This document shows positions 1-9,898 of a stretch of DNA of 64,000 nt, one piece after another. The stretch comes from an uncultured Ignavibacteria bacterium (GTDB taxonomy: Bacteria; Zixibacteria; MSB-5A5; SM23-73-2). The stretch is taken from the NCBI GenBank assembly GCA_964447175.1, contig CAYURP010000001.1, positions 78,208 through 142,207 on the forward strand, read 5' to 3'. The position numbers and the translations under genes were made by a program. Position 1 is the first letter of the stretch, and every line of letters starts with the position of its first letter. Under the pieces are notes generated by a model, which searched no databases, was not told where the DNA came from, and saw only the letters and a list, made by a program, of their open reading frames with translations.

Positions 1-831
1 CAAGGCAAAACAGTTGTTTTTACAGTCGTCGATGGTAAACTTGCAGGTGCCTTGGCTCTTTCCGATAGAATTAGAGCTGAGTCTTACGAAGCGGTAAAAA
101 ATCTCAAAAAGAACAAGATCAGGGTGTATATGCTCACTGGCGACACAAGGGAAGTTGCCAAATCAGTTGCTGAAGAGCTGGGTATTGATGACTATTTTGC
201 ACAGGTTTTGCCTGAGGAAAAGGCAGAAAAAGTGAAGTTATTGAAAGAAAAGGGTTACAAGGTTTCCATGGTGGGTGATGGGATAAATGATGCTCCAGCT
301 TTAGTTACAGCAGACGTTGGCATTGCCATAGGTGCCGGAACGGACGTAGCAATAGAAAGCGCAGACATTGTTCTGGTAAGAAATAATCCCAAAGATGTTT
401 CACTTGTCGTGGGCCTTTCAAAAAAAACGTACTCCAAGATGGTTCAGAATCTTTGGTGGGCGGCAGGTTATAATATCGTAGCCATACCCCTGGCAGCTGG
501 AATATTATATAATATGGGGATTGTGATAAATCCTGCAGTTGGAGCTCTGCTTATGTCCTTGAGTACAGTTATAGTAGCTTTGAATGCTCAAACCTTAAGA
601 AAATACGAGCCGGAAAAGGTGGAATTTATGGAGAAAAAGTACATAACCAAAGACCCGGTTTGCGGAATGGAAGTGGACCCGGAAAAAGCATTTAGTAAAA
701 CTGATTATGAGGGAAATATCTTTTATTTCTGCTCGGAAAGTTGCGAACTGGAATTCAAGAAAAATCCCCAAAAATATTTATCAAAGATAAAGAAAGAAGC
801 ACCTGAAGAACACAAGCACCACCAGCATTAG
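1..831 (+). CDS. Heavy-metal (Cu+/Ag+-type) P-type ATPase, C-terminal portion. The 5' end is truncated by the window edge. Ends with a YHS/TRASH metal-binding domain.
   Basis: The frame is open from base 1. It has the P-type hinge motif 'MVGDGINDAPAL', the terminal TM helices, then 'DPVCGMEVDPEKAF...YFCSESCELEF' (YHS domain) and a His-rich tail. Stop at 829-831. Confidence 0.85.
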   Translation, partial: QGKTVVFTVVDGKLAGALALSDRIRAESYEAVKNLKKNKIRVYMLTGDTREVAKSVAEELGIDDYFAQVLPEEKAEKVKLLKEKGYKVSMVGDGINDAPALVTADVGIAIGAGTDVAIESADIVLVRNNPKDVSLVVGLSKKTYSKMVQNLWWAAGYNIVAIPLAAGILYNMGIVINPAVGALLMSLSTVIVALNAQTLRKYEPEKVEFMEKKYITKDPVCGMEVDPEKAFSKTDYEGNIFYFCSESCELEFKKNPQKYLSKIKKEAPEEHKHHQH

Positions 832-963
832 AAAAAAACTAAGAAAAGGTAAAAAAATGCTGGGATTGACCATACTGGATTCAGCCAGCTCTTTTTCAGA
901 AACTACTAAAAGAAACATTTAGAAACTCAAAGAATAAGGGGAATTCTGGAGCTACTTTTGTAG

Positions 964-1179
964 CCCGGGGATATCGGTGAAACTGGTACATCTGGCGAAA
1001 TAATGGCTCAGGCAATGGAGCATGAGGTCTTTTCCTTTGTGGACGCTTTGCAGCCCTGTGTCAGCTTTTACAATACCTACCAGAAATACAATAAAATGGT
1101 GGAGATACTGGATCACGTTCCCGCTGACTTTAATGAAGCCATGGAGGTGGCAAAAAGGAGCGATAAATTACCCTTATGA
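964..1179 (+). pseudogene. Remnant of a 2-oxoacid:ferredoxin oxidoreductase beta subunit (KorB/PorB-like, TPP-binding C-terminus). Only about 70 C-terminal codons remain.
   Basis: Translation is 'GDIGETGTSGEIMAQAMEHEVFSFVDALQPCVSFYNTYQKYNKMVEIL...'. The 'GFSF.D.LQPCV(T/S)F' motif matches the KorB C-terminus. There is no N-terminal part and an in-frame stop lies immediately upstream (961-963). Confidence 0.5.
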
Positions 1180-1332
1180 GTGATATACAAAACCCAAAAA
1201 CCTGTTTTCCACAAAGAATTATATGGTGACTGGAATCCGGTAACAAAGCGGATATCAAAGGAAAAAAGAATAGAAAAAATCTCTGAATTGCTGCAGCCTA
1301 AATAGCAATACAGCCCTGCCAATAATCATAAG

Positions 1333-1365
1333 TGCCCTTCAAAACTTTTGAAGGGCATTTTAGTT
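1333..1365. terminator. Rho-independent terminator-like hairpin, possibly bidirectional.
   Basis: 'tgcccttcaaaac ttttgaagggca' forms a perfect stem of 10-12 bp, followed by 'ttttagttt'. Confidence 0.55.
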
Positions 1366-1625
1366 TGGATATTAAAAGGGGAGATGGAAACACACATGAA
1401 TCTCGGATACAATCTTGCTAAAGAATGCTTGACATAAATAGTGTCTATCAGTAAATTAACATTACAGAATACAGATTTTGATAAATAATATCTTGGATTT
1501 TACGGGAAGAGGAAAAGAAAAAAGTATTGAACTCCCAGGGATAATGGAAGGAAAAGGGTTGACTTACTATCAGATATGTCAAAAAAGGCTTGAGTTTTTT
1601 TGGCATTCGGTCAGGAGGAGCTTAA

Positions 1626-1733
1626 ATGGGTAATAAGAAGCTTGATACTAAAACTTTAGAGAGTTGGCTCTGGGAGGCTGCTTGCAAAATTAGGGGGAAA
1701 TTGACCAGTTGGTGTATATGCTATGTGGTTTGA
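1626..1733 (+). pseudogene. Possible 5' fragment of a type I restriction-modification methyltransferase (HsdM N-terminal domain), truncated after about 35 codons.
   Basis: 'MGNKKLDTKTLESWLWEAACKIRGKL' resembles the conserved HsdM N-terminus ('LE..LW.AAD.LRG...'). It then runs into a stop. An AGGAGG lies upstream. Confidence 0.3.
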
Positions 1734-1768
1734 CAGAGGAGGAGATAAGGATTGTGGAGGGGAAATAG

Positions 1769-1943
1769 AACCCCCATTCCCCCCTTAACAGGGGGGTCAA
1801 AACAAAAGTCAAAGTCCCCCTGACAAGGGGGATTTAGAGGGTTCTCAGGAAAGGTCAATTAACCCCCCATTCCCCCCTTAACAGGGGGGCAAAATAAGTA
1901 AGTCTCCCTGACAAGGGGGATTCAGGGGATTCTTACAAAAGCG
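1769..1943. repeat. Two tandem units of about 85 bp (1769-1860 and 1861-1943). Each contains two G/C hairpins, 'CCCCCCTTAACAGGGGGG' and 'CCCCCTGACAAGGGGG'.
   Basis: Direct inspection. The same unit recurs twice at 2328-2500. Confidence 0.85.
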
Positions 1944-2348
1944 ATGGAAACAAAAGACAAAAATAAAACGACCAACAAATTCAACTATCTCCCCTACAAA
2001 AGAAAACTAACCCAGTTAGCACGACAGAACAGGAATAATCCCACTCCAGCAGAAAAGAAACTCTGGTATGAGGTCTTATGTCGAAAGCGATTCGAAGGAT
2101 ACAAGTTCACTCGCCAAAAGCCCCTTGGTGGTTATATAGTTGACTTCTACTGTTCGAAGCTCCGATTGGTGATTGAGATTGATGGTGATTTGCACGCGGA
2201 GAATGCTGAATATGATGAAGTGAGAACAAATATATTGAAACAATATGGATTGAAGGTTCTACGATATACTAATCGGGATGTGATGAATAATATTGAGGGT
2301 GTGTATCGGGATTTGATGCAAATTGTCAACCCCCCTTTCCCCCCTTAA
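1944..2348 (+). CDS. DUF559 family protein (Vsr/MutH-like endonuclease fold), embedded in the hairpin-repeat array.
   Basis: 134 aa with 'YIVDFYCSKLRLVIEIDGDLH...RTNILKQYGLKVLRYTNRDV', typical of DUF559. The last 7 codons ('VNPPFPP*') are encoded by repeat unit C. Confidence 0.7.
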   Translation: METKDKNKTTNKFNYLPYKRKLTQLARQNRNNPTPAEKKLWYEVLCRKRFEGYKFTRQKPLGGYIVDFYCSKLRLVIEIDGDLHAENAEYDEVRTNILKQYGLKVLRYTNRDVMNNIEGVYRDLMQIVNPPFPP

Positions 2349-2500
2349 CAGGGGGGCAAAACAAGTAAATCCCCCTGACAAGGGGAATTCAAGGGGTTCT
2401 CAGGGAAGGTCAATTAACCCCCCGTTCCCCTCTTAACAGGGGGGTAAAACAATTAAGTCTCCCTGACAAGGGGGATTCAGGGGGTTCTTAAGAAAGATCA
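2328..2500. repeat. Two further tandem copies (2328-2415 and 2416-2500) of the double-hairpin unit of about 85 bp.
   Basis: Direct inspection. About 85-90% identical to the units at 1769-1943. Confidence 0.85.
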
Positions 2501-2696
2501 ATGACCCCCTTGTGCTTCATCTCTTATCAAATGGGAAAGAAAGTAGGCAAAGATAAAAGCGTTTGAGCTGGAAACAAAATGTTAGGCTCCTCTTTCTCTG
2601 TCAATTAATCTGGGTTGATAAATTTAGGAATGAGCTTAAGGACGGATGATCTTTTGATTGTAATCACTATCAACCAATAACCAACCACCGATCTTT

Positions 2697-4127
2697 TTAG
2701 ACCGGTGAGAGCTTGGCTTCTTTTTCACTGCATAACCCAACAAACCGTCTTTTGTCCTCCACAAAATCTAAGGCGGTCTCGAAGCTGATTTTGTTCTGCT
2801 GGTAGAGTTTGAGCAGAGATGCGTCCATGGAGTGCATTTTTTTGGCAGCCCCGGTCTGGATCTGGGTGGGTATCTGCTCGATTTTGTCGTCCCTTATTAT
2901 TGACTTGACCGCTGGAGTTATGCCTAAAATCTCGGTTGCCACCACCAAACCTTTGTTATCCCTTCGGGGCAGAAGTTTTTGACAGACGACGCCTCTTAAA
3001 CAGGATGCCAGCTGGTTGGCGGTGCTTTCCCTCTGATTGTGAGGAAAAATCCCTAAGACTCGGTTTATGGTCTGGGTAGCGTCGCTGGTGTGAAGTGTGG
3101 TCAAAACCAGATGCCCGGTCTCAGCGGCTTCCAGTGCCACGGTCATGGTCTCCATGTCTCTCACCTCGCCTATAAAGATGACGTCCGGGTCCTGCCTTAA
3201 GACGTGTTTTAAGGCGTGACTAAAGGAATGGGTGTCCATTCCTATTTCCCTTTGTTTGACAATGCAGTTTCGGGACTGGTGCACGAACTCTATGGGGTCC
3301 TCCAGGGTAACGATTACCTTTTTGAACTCGTGATTGATTAAATCCAGCATAGCAGCCATGGTTGTGGATTTTCCCACTCCGGTGGGACCGGCAATTATCA
3401 CCAGCCCGTCTGGAGAACGAGCCAGATCGTCCACTACCTCGGGCAAGCCTAATTCAGCCCTGCTTTTGATCTTCAACCTTATAGTCCTGTAGGTGGCTTC
3501 CACATTACCCTGCTGCAGATGAACGTTGACCCTCCACCTGCTCAATCCGGGAATATACAGAGCGTAATTCAGCTCCTTTTCTCTTTCGAATTCGGCGATC
3601 TGTTTCTCATCCATGACCGAATAGATCATTCTCTTCATATCCTCTCTTTCCAAGCCCTCCACGGGTATGGGCACCAGCTCCTGGTTTATTCTCAGATATG
3701 GGGGTTTGTTGACCGTAAGATGCAGATCCGAGGCATTTTTCTCTACCATTATCTCCAAAAGCTTGCAGATGTCTATCATCTCGATTTGCTGGGCTAATTC
3801 ATTTTTGTCCTGATCCTCTATCTCGGTGAAGGTTACTCCAACATAGTAACGTTTTTTGTCCAGCTCGCTCACCCTTACCACCCTTCCCTTGGTTTTCACT
3901 GGATGGGAGATTTTGGGGATTTTTAATTCGAAATCGATTGTGCTTCCTAAAGGAATTGGAGAATCACAGGTAAACTTCAATCCCTGGGAGGAGATATCGT
4001 TGGTTCTGGATTTAAAAACCTCCTCTGATGCCTGATCGCCTGTTTTGACTCTGTAAGATAAATCGAAATTGGTTCTTATTCTTCGGGAAATCCTTTTTTC
4101 CTCTCCTGAGAAATATAGATCACTCAT
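2697..4127 (-). CDS. pilT: Type IV pilus retraction ATPase (PilT/PilU family) with an N-terminal PilZ (c-di-GMP-binding) domain fused.
   Basis: The N-terminus has 'RRIRTNF' (RxxxR) and 'DISSQGL' (DxSxxG), which are PilZ signatures. The C-terminal 350 aa have Walker A 'GPTGVGKSTT', the Asp box 'DVIFIGEVRD' and the His box 'GHLVLTTLHT' of PilT. Confidence 0.8.
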   Translation of the reverse strand: MSDLYFSGEEKRISRRIRTNFDLSYRVKTGDQASEEVFKSRTNDISSQGLKFTCDSPIPLGSTIDFELKIPKISHPVKTKGRVVRVSELDKKRYYVGVTFTEIEDQDKNELAQQIEMIDICKLLEIMVEKNASDLHLTVNKPPYLRINQELVPIPVEGLEREDMKRMIYSVMDEKQIAEFEREKELNYALYIPGLSRWRVNVHLQQGNVEATYRTIRLKIKSRAELGLPEVVDDLARSPDGLVIIAGPTGVGKSTTMAAMLDLINHEFKKVIVTLEDPIEFVHQSRNCIVKQREIGMDTHSFSHALKHVLRQDPDVIFIGEVRDMETMTVALEAAETGHLVLTTLHTSDATQTINRVLGIFPHNQRESTANQLASCLRGVVCQKLLPRRDNKGLVVATEILGITPAVKSIIRDDKIEQIPTQIQTGAAKKMHSMDASLLKLYQQNKISFETALDFVEDKRRFVGLCSEKEAKLSPV

Positions 4128-4362
4128 TTTTGTCTCCGGTTTTCAAAATTATGTTTCGGGTATATTTGACTACTTAATAAGTCGGTTTTGTGATAAAAAT
4201 CTATAGGATATGGAGGATTTTTTAAAAAGTCTTAGATCTTAAGTATAATAGGGTTATCCTTTTAAATCGATCTATTTGACGGGTTTTTTGTTGACTTTTA
4301 CATAATGGGTCTCTATATTTTCTAAGATTTTATATTAGGGTTTTGTCAATAAGGAATAAAAG

Positions 4363-5298
4363 ATGAATGAAGGACCCAAAATATCCATAATAGTTCCAGC
4401 CCATAATGAGGAAAAGAACATCACTCTTCTGGTGGAAAAACTCAGCGAAATGTTTGATAATTCAAAGCTTTCGGGAGAGGTGATATTGGTTGATGACGGT
4501 TCCACGGATAAAACTCTTTCCTTAGCTCAGGAATGCAAGAAAAAATATGCGTTTCTTAAGGTTGTCTCTCACAGAACCAATCGGGGGATCACCGATGCCC
4601 TGGTAACCGGATTCAAAAACTCAAAAGGGGATATATTCGTATTCTGGCCAGCTGATCTGCAATATCTGCCCCAGGATATACCGAAATTAATAGACAAAAT
4701 GGACCAGGGGTTTGACGTGGTCTGCGGCTGGAAAGAGGGAAATTATGGGATAAAAAGTTTTGTCTCTTTTATCTATAATACCCTTTCCCGCTGGATCTTC
4801 GGGATGAAGGTTCACGATCTGAATTCGGTAAAAGCCTTCAGAAAAAAGATAGTGGAGGAGATACCCATTTTACGCAAGGACTGGCACAGGTATATGGTAG
4901 TGATGGCTAAGGAGAAAGGCTTTAAAATCGATGAGGTCAGGGTTAAACTCTACCCCAGAAAATATGGCAAATCCAAGTTCGGATTCTGGAGAATACCCAT
5001 AGGATTTTTAGATCTTCTGAGCGTTAAATTTCAGATTTCCTTTATGAAAAAGCCGATGCTTCTTTTTGGCTCCTCGGGAATCCTCTTGATTCTTTTGGGC
5101 CTTCTGGCTGGACTTGTTGCCCTTTACTTAAGGATATTTTTGAATGAGGGGTACAGACCGATTCTATACCTGGTTATTTTATTTATGCTTTTAGGTTTTT
5201 CCTCATTTGCTTTGGGATTTCTGGCTGAAGCCATTGCGGGCTTAAGGGAGGAATTACAGTGGTTTAGAGAAAAAGGAACGGATAAAAAAATGGAATAA
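4363..5298 (+). CDS. GT2 glycosyltransferase with C-terminal TM helices (polyprenyl-phosphate sugar transferase, GtrB/ArnC-like).
   Basis: 'ISIIVPAHNEEKNI...VILVDDGSTDKT' is a GT2 DXD region. The C-terminus has 2 TM helices. Confidence 0.8.
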   Translation: MNEGPKISIIVPAHNEEKNITLLVEKLSEMFDNSKLSGEVILVDDGSTDKTLSLAQECKKKYAFLKVVSHRTNRGITDALVTGFKNSKGDIFVFWPADLQYLPQDIPKLIDKMDQGFDVVCGWKEGNYGIKSFVSFIYNTLSRWIFGMKVHDLNSVKAFRKKIVEEIPILRKDWHRYMVVMAKEKGFKIDEVRVKLYPRKYGKSKFGFWRIPIGFLDLLSVKFQISFMKKPMLLFGSSGILLILLGLLAGLVALYLRIFLNEGYRPILYLVILFMLLGFSSFALGFLAEAIAGLREELQWFREKGTDKKME

Positions 5299-5310
5299 AG
5301 TAGGCGGAGA

Positions 5311-6492
5311 GTGAAAAAGCATTGTATCTTGGTGTTGACCCATAACTATATCCGATCAAAAAAAGATTATGCAGGTCTTTTCTTGCACACCCTTTTCAAA
5401 GGATTAGTTCCTAAAGGTTATAAAATCACAGTTTTAGCCCCACATCAAAAAGGTTTGTCTTTTTCTGAAAAAATGGATGGGGTAAGGATCTTTCGTTTCG
5501 GATATGCTCCCCCTTTTCTGGAGAACTTGGCTTATGGTGGTGAGATGCAAAAAAAAGTAAAGGGAAATCCTTTGAATTTGGTTTTATTTATGCTTTTTCT
5601 TTTCTCTTTTTTTTCTCGCTCCTTAAATTTAGCCCGAAAAAAGGAGGTGGATTTGATCTCCTGCCAGTGGTGGATACCAGGAGGACTCATCGGGTGGCTG
5701 GTCTTTTGTTTTACAAAAAAACCCTTTTGGGTAACTTTGCATGGGACGGACTTAAGGATTTTAAAAAGCTCTAATATCTTTAAGCCATTAGCCAGAAAGG
5801 TATTTGAACAGGCAAAGGGAGTGAGTTGCGTTTCCTCTTTCTTAAAAGAATATTTAGTCGAATCAGGATTGGTAAAAAAAGATAAGATTAAGGTTTTGCC
5901 TATGCCCGTTGATGCTCAGAAATTCAGAGGTCAAAAGCTTTTAAAAAAAGACAAGAAAATGCTTCTCTGTGTTGCCCGATTCACCAAGCAAAAAGGATTG
6001 GAGTACTTGGTATCAGCTATCAGGATACTTTTTGACAAGGGATTTGACTTTGAGACAAAAATTATAGGCGGTGGACCCGAAAGAGGATATCTGGAGAAAA
6101 AAATTCAAGAACTGGGTTTAAATGAAAGGATTTTCCTTCTGGATAGTATGCCCCAGGAGAACCTTTTTTCTTATTATCAGGAGTGTGATCTTTTTGTTCT
6201 TCCCTCAATCGAGGAGGGTTTTGGTTTGGTCTTGGTTGAGGCTCAGATGTGTGGGCGCCCCGTAATCGGTACTAACTCCGGCGGAATCCCGGATATAATC
6301 CAGGATGATATAACCGGACTCCTGGTAAAGCCTGAAGACCCTCTGGATCTGGCAAAAGCCATTGAGAGAATCTTAGTTGACCCGGAGTTAGCAGAAAAGT
6401 TGGCTGAAAGGGGTTACGCTTTAACAATTTCTAAATTTTCGCCTGAGGCTATTCAGGCAAAATTCATGGAGTTTATAAATTTGGACAGTTAG
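5311..6492 (+). CDS. GT4 (GT-B fold) glycosyltransferase.
   Basis: 'EGFGLVLVEAQMCGRPVIGT' is the GT4 E-x7-E region. Length 393 aa. Confidence 0.8.
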   Translation: MKKHCILVLTHNYIRSKKDYAGLFLHTLFKGLVPKGYKITVLAPHQKGLSFSEKMDGVRIFRFGYAPPFLENLAYGGEMQKKVKGNPLNLVLFMLFLFSFFSRSLNLARKKEVDLISCQWWIPGGLIGWLVFCFTKKPFWVTLHGTDLRILKSSNIFKPLARKVFEQAKGVSCVSSFLKEYLVESGLVKKDKIKVLPMPVDAQKFRGQKLLKKDKKMLLCVARFTKQKGLEYLVSAIRILFDKGFDFETKIIGGGPERGYLEKKIQELGLNERIFLLDSMPQENLFSYYQECDLFVLPSIEEGFGLVLVEAQMCGRPVIGTNSGGIPDIIQDDITGLLVKPEDPLDLAKAIERILVDPELAEKLAERGYALTISKFSPEAIQAKFMEFINLDS

Positions 6493-6507
6493 TTCAAAAA
6501 AAAGGAG

Positions 6508-7422
6508 TTGAAGATTAAAAAAGTTTTATATAGAATTTTACAGATCGGGGTAGTTTTTGTAATCTTCTATTTTTTGTTTAAGAGCCTGTTCTCCAATTGG
6601 AGTCAGATAAAGGAGTACAGCTGGAATTTTCATTATCCCTCTCTTCTGATTTCCTTTGTTCTGGCGGCTTTATCCTATTCGGTTTTGGTAGGAGTATGGA
6701 ATGGGATCCTGAAACAAAGCGGATATGTTATAAGCTATTCCAAAATGTTTAAAATCTGGTTTATCTCCAATCTGGGAAGATACATTCCTGGTAAGGTGTG
6801 GCAACTTCTGGGAATGCTTTATCTTCTGGAGAAGGAAAAGGTACCCAAAAGCAAAGGCTTCACCGTGGCTATTTTAGCTCAAGTCCTTTCCTCTATGGCT
6901 GGAATCCTGGTGATGCTGGGATTTTTAAGATATGACTTCTATCGTAAGCTTTTTTCTGAAAGCTTGTGGTTTTTGTTTGTTCTTCTGGCATTTGTGCTTG
7001 GAGTTTTGGTTCTGATAATTTATCCTCGGCTTTTGCAGAAGGTCATCAATCTGGTATTGGGATTTTTCAAAAAGGATAAAATCTCCTTAAACTATAAACC
7101 CAAAAATCTTTTGTTTTATCTTCTATCCTACATCGGATGCTGGTTTTTGTTCGGATTCTGCTTTCTAATTTTCATCAGAAGCATCACCCCGGCACCTTTT
7201 GAAATTTATTTTGGAGTTACCGGAGCATTTGCCGGATCGGTAACTATTGGTTTTTTGGCTTTTTTTTCTCCCGGGGGAGTGGGAATCAGAGAGGGAGTTT
7301 TAGTTGCCCTTCTGAATGCCTATTTCCCGCTTCCTGTGGCTACCTTGATCGCTCTTTTGTCCAGGGTCTGGATAACCGTGGTTGAGCTTATGTTATTTTT
7401 GATCGCTCTGTCTTTTAAATAA
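6508..7422 (+). CDS. UPF0104/flippase-like integral membrane protein (MprF-type TM-region family).
   Basis: Polytopic membrane protein with 'NLGRYIPGKVWQLLGMLYLL', typical of UPF0104. Confidence 0.5.
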   Translation: MKIKKVLYRILQIGVVFVIFYFLFKSLFSNWSQIKEYSWNFHYPSLLISFVLAALSYSVLVGVWNGILKQSGYVISYSKMFKIWFISNLGRYIPGKVWQLLGMLYLLEKEKVPKSKGFTVAILAQVLSSMAGILVMLGFLRYDFYRKLFSESLWFLFVLLAFVLGVLVLIIYPRLLQKVINLVLGFFKKDKISLNYKPKNLLFYLLSYIGCWFLFGFCFLIFIRSITPAPFEIYFGVTGAFAGSVTIGFLAFFSPGGVGIREGVLVALLNAYFPLPVATLIALLSRVWITVVELMLFLIALSFK

Positions 7423-7438
7423 ATTAAGAGGATTTCAT

Positions 7439-9898
7439 ATGTCAAAAAAAGACAAAAAGAAATTAAAGCCTACAAAAGCTTCAAAACCAAGTTTTTGGGA
7501 AGCCGAAAAATTTAAAAAATATTTTCCGGTTATTCTGTTTATGGTTTTAGCCCTGATTCTTTTCTCTCAGTTTGTTTTCTCTAATCAGATGCTTTTCGGA
7601 ACTGATACCATTGAAGCTGGCGTAATGTTTAGATCATTTTACGCTAATTTCGTTAAGCAGTATCACCAGATACCCATGTGGGAACCCTATCTTTTTGGTG
7701 GCATGCCTTTTGTGGATGCCATGCACGGGGATACCTTTTACCCTCTGGCGCTTTTGCAGTTTGTTCTGCCCCTGCATAAAGCCCTGGGATGGAAGCTGGT
7801 TATTACCGTCTTTCTGGCAGGGATTTTCACCTATCTTTGTTTAAGGGCTTTTGGTTTCAGCCGGGGGATCTCAATCTTAGGTGGATTAGCTTATATGTTT
7901 TCAGCTAATCTGGTTTCCTGGGTCTACGGAGGACAGGATGGCAGGATGTATATCACCAGCCTTTTGCCTCTTTTATTTTTCTTTTTGGAAAAGAGTTTGA
8001 ACACCAAAAGATTTATATATTATCTGTGCCTGGGGATTTCCATTGGCCTTTTGATTTTAGCCAATCACCCTCAATTGGCTTATTATGCTTTGTGGGCATT
8101 AGGTCTTTATTTTCTTTTCAGATTAATTTTACAATTCAAGGACTCAGAAGAGAAAAGCTTTGTACCCCAAATAAAACCTCTTTTAAAGCCAATTTTGTTA
8201 TTTATTATTTCGGTTATAATTGGTTTGGCTTTGTCTTTGATCCAGATACTGCCTCCTTATATCTATGTCAATAAATACTCTCCTCGGGCAGAAGGAGCAA
8301 GGGGTTATGAGTATGCCACCTCCTGGTCCTCCCATCCCGAGGAATTAGCATCACAGATTGTGCCCGAATTCTGCGGCTATAATCTAACAGACCAGTCCAC
8401 CTATTGGGGCAGAAATCCCTTCAAACAGAACTCCGACTATGGGGGAGTGGTTCCGTTGTTTTTTGCTTTCTTAGCTTTGTTTTTGGTCAAGGATAGAAGG
8501 ATCTGGTTCTTTTTGGGGCTTTCCATTTTAGCCATAATCTATTCCCTGGGGGCGCATACCCCGGTTTACAGGCTTTTTTACTGGCTGGTTCCCCAGGTGA
8601 AAAATTTCCGGGCACCGTCTTTGATTATGTTCCTTTTGATTTTCTCTGTGGTATTTTCAGCCTGTTTTGGCCTGCAGAGGATTTTGAGTGGAATAAAATC
8701 ACAAAACGAACAGAAAAAGCTTTTAACGGTAATTATGAGTGTGGTGATCCTTTTTGGGATTTTGGCATTTCTTTTCACCATCGGAGGGGAGGTTATGCTC
8801 TCCATCTGGAACGGGATTTTATACTCTAACATTTCTCCTCCTAAGAAAGCCTCTATGTTACAGAACCTGCCCAACATTCAAAGGGATTTCTGGTTGATCT
8901 TTTTCTTTATAGGTACAACTGCAGCAGCGTTGTACCTTTTTATTAAAGGGAAATTAAAAACCACAGTTTTTATCATCTGGATAGGTGCTCTTGTGGTGAT
9001 AGATCTGTGGAGGATAGATCTCAAGTTCATAGAGAATTTTGATTACTTTAGCAATTTTAGAAAGAATCAGGTTGTGGATTTTCTAAAAAAGGATCAGGAT
9101 CGATTTCGAGCCCTGGTCTTACCAGGGACTTTGAAAGGTCAGAATTTCATGGCTTTATTCGATATTCCCCAGGTCTTTGGGTATCATGGGAACCAGTTGA
9201 AAAGATATGATGAGTTTACCGAAAGGGGATATCGGGAAAAAGCCACCACCCAGAGGGAGTATTATGACCGTTACTCTCAGTTTATTTTCGGTCCCAAACC
9301 GGATCTTTTAAATGTGAAATATCTTCTTTCAGGAGCTGATTTCTCTCACCCTAAATTCCAGAGGGTATATCAAGGCGATGGGCTTTTCGTGTTTCAGAAT
9401 ACCCAATATCTGCCCCGGGCCAGAATCGTCTTTGCATACGAGGTGATTGAGGATGATGAGAAAATCCTGGAAAGGCTTAAGGATCCTGAGTTTGATCACA
9501 TTAATAAAATTATCCTCGAGAAGACTCCTCAGAATATTCTTTCTGAGGGTGACACAATTGGAGTTTTGGGATCAGCTGAAATCATTGAGGATAACATAAA
9601 TAATTTCACTGTCAGGGCAGAATTGTCCCATCCCGGTTTTCTGGTTTTAAGCGAGAACTTCTATCCTGCCTGGAAAGCCTTTGTGGATGGGAAAAAGACA
9701 GAAATCCTCCAGGCTAACTACACCTTCAGAGCAGTCTTTTTGGATGAAGGTGAACATCAGGTAAGATTGGTTTATGATTCACCGTACTATGGACTTGCGA
9801 AAAATGTTAGTGGCATAAGTATCCTTTTCGTATTTTTTGTATTGATTCTCGGGTTTGTGAAAAAACCTCTTTACCGAAGGAATTTGGATAAAAAATGA
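7439..9898 (+). CDS. Large YfhO-like polytopic membrane protein. It has an N-terminal multi-TM region and a C-terminal soluble domain. Putative glycan/lipid transferase.
   Basis: 819 aa with about 13 predicted TM helices followed by a beta-rich domain of about 300 aa. It sits in a glycosyltransferase cluster. Confidence 0.5.
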   Translation: MSKKDKKKLKPTKASKPSFWEAEKFKKYFPVILFMVLALILFSQFVFSNQMLFGTDTIEAGVMFRSFYANFVKQYHQIPMWEPYLFGGMPFVDAMHGDTFYPLALLQFVLPLHKALGWKLVITVFLAGIFTYLCLRAFGFSRGISILGGLAYMFSANLVSWVYGGQDGRMYITSLLPLLFFFLEKSLNTKRFIYYLCLGISIGLLILANHPQLAYYALWALGLYFLFRLILQFKDSEEKSFVPQIKPLLKPILLFIISVIIGLALSLIQILPPYIYVNKYSPRAEGARGYEYATSWSSHPEELASQIVPEFCGYNLTDQSTYWGRNPFKQNSDYGGVVPLFFAFLALFLVKDRRIWFFLGLSILAIIYSLGAHTPVYRLFYWLVPQVKNFRAPSLIMFLLIFSVVFSACFGLQRILSGIKSQNEQKKLLTVIMSVVILFGILAFLFTIGGEVMLSIWNGILYSNISPPKKASMLQNLPNIQRDFWLIFFFIGTTAAALYLFIKGKLKTTVFIIWIGALVVIDLWRIDLKFIENFDYFSNFRKNQVVDFLKKDQDRFRALVLPGTLKGQNFMALFDIPQVFGYHGNQLKRYDEFTERGYREKATTQREYYDRYSQFIFGPKPDLLNVKYLLSGADFSHPKFQRVYQGDGLFVFQNTQYLPRARIVFAYEVIEDDEKILERLKDPEFDHINKIILEKTPQNILSEGDTIGVLGSAEIIEDNINNFTVRAELSHPGFLVLSENFYPAWKAFVDGKKTEILQANYTFRAVFLDEGEHQVRLVYDSPYYGLAKNVSGISILFVFFVLILGFVKKPLYRRNLDKK

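Noticed and set aside
1113-1322. A 69-aa ORF on the minus strand
   Set aside because: It is antisense to the KorB-fragment region and terminator. It has no homology signal.
1769-2500. The tandem repeat array as a CRISPR array
   Set aside because: Only four units, arranged as two pairs. The units abut without unique spacers of regular length. They are interrupted by a 405-bp ORF. The units are hairpin-pair elements, not 28-37-bp CRISPR repeats.
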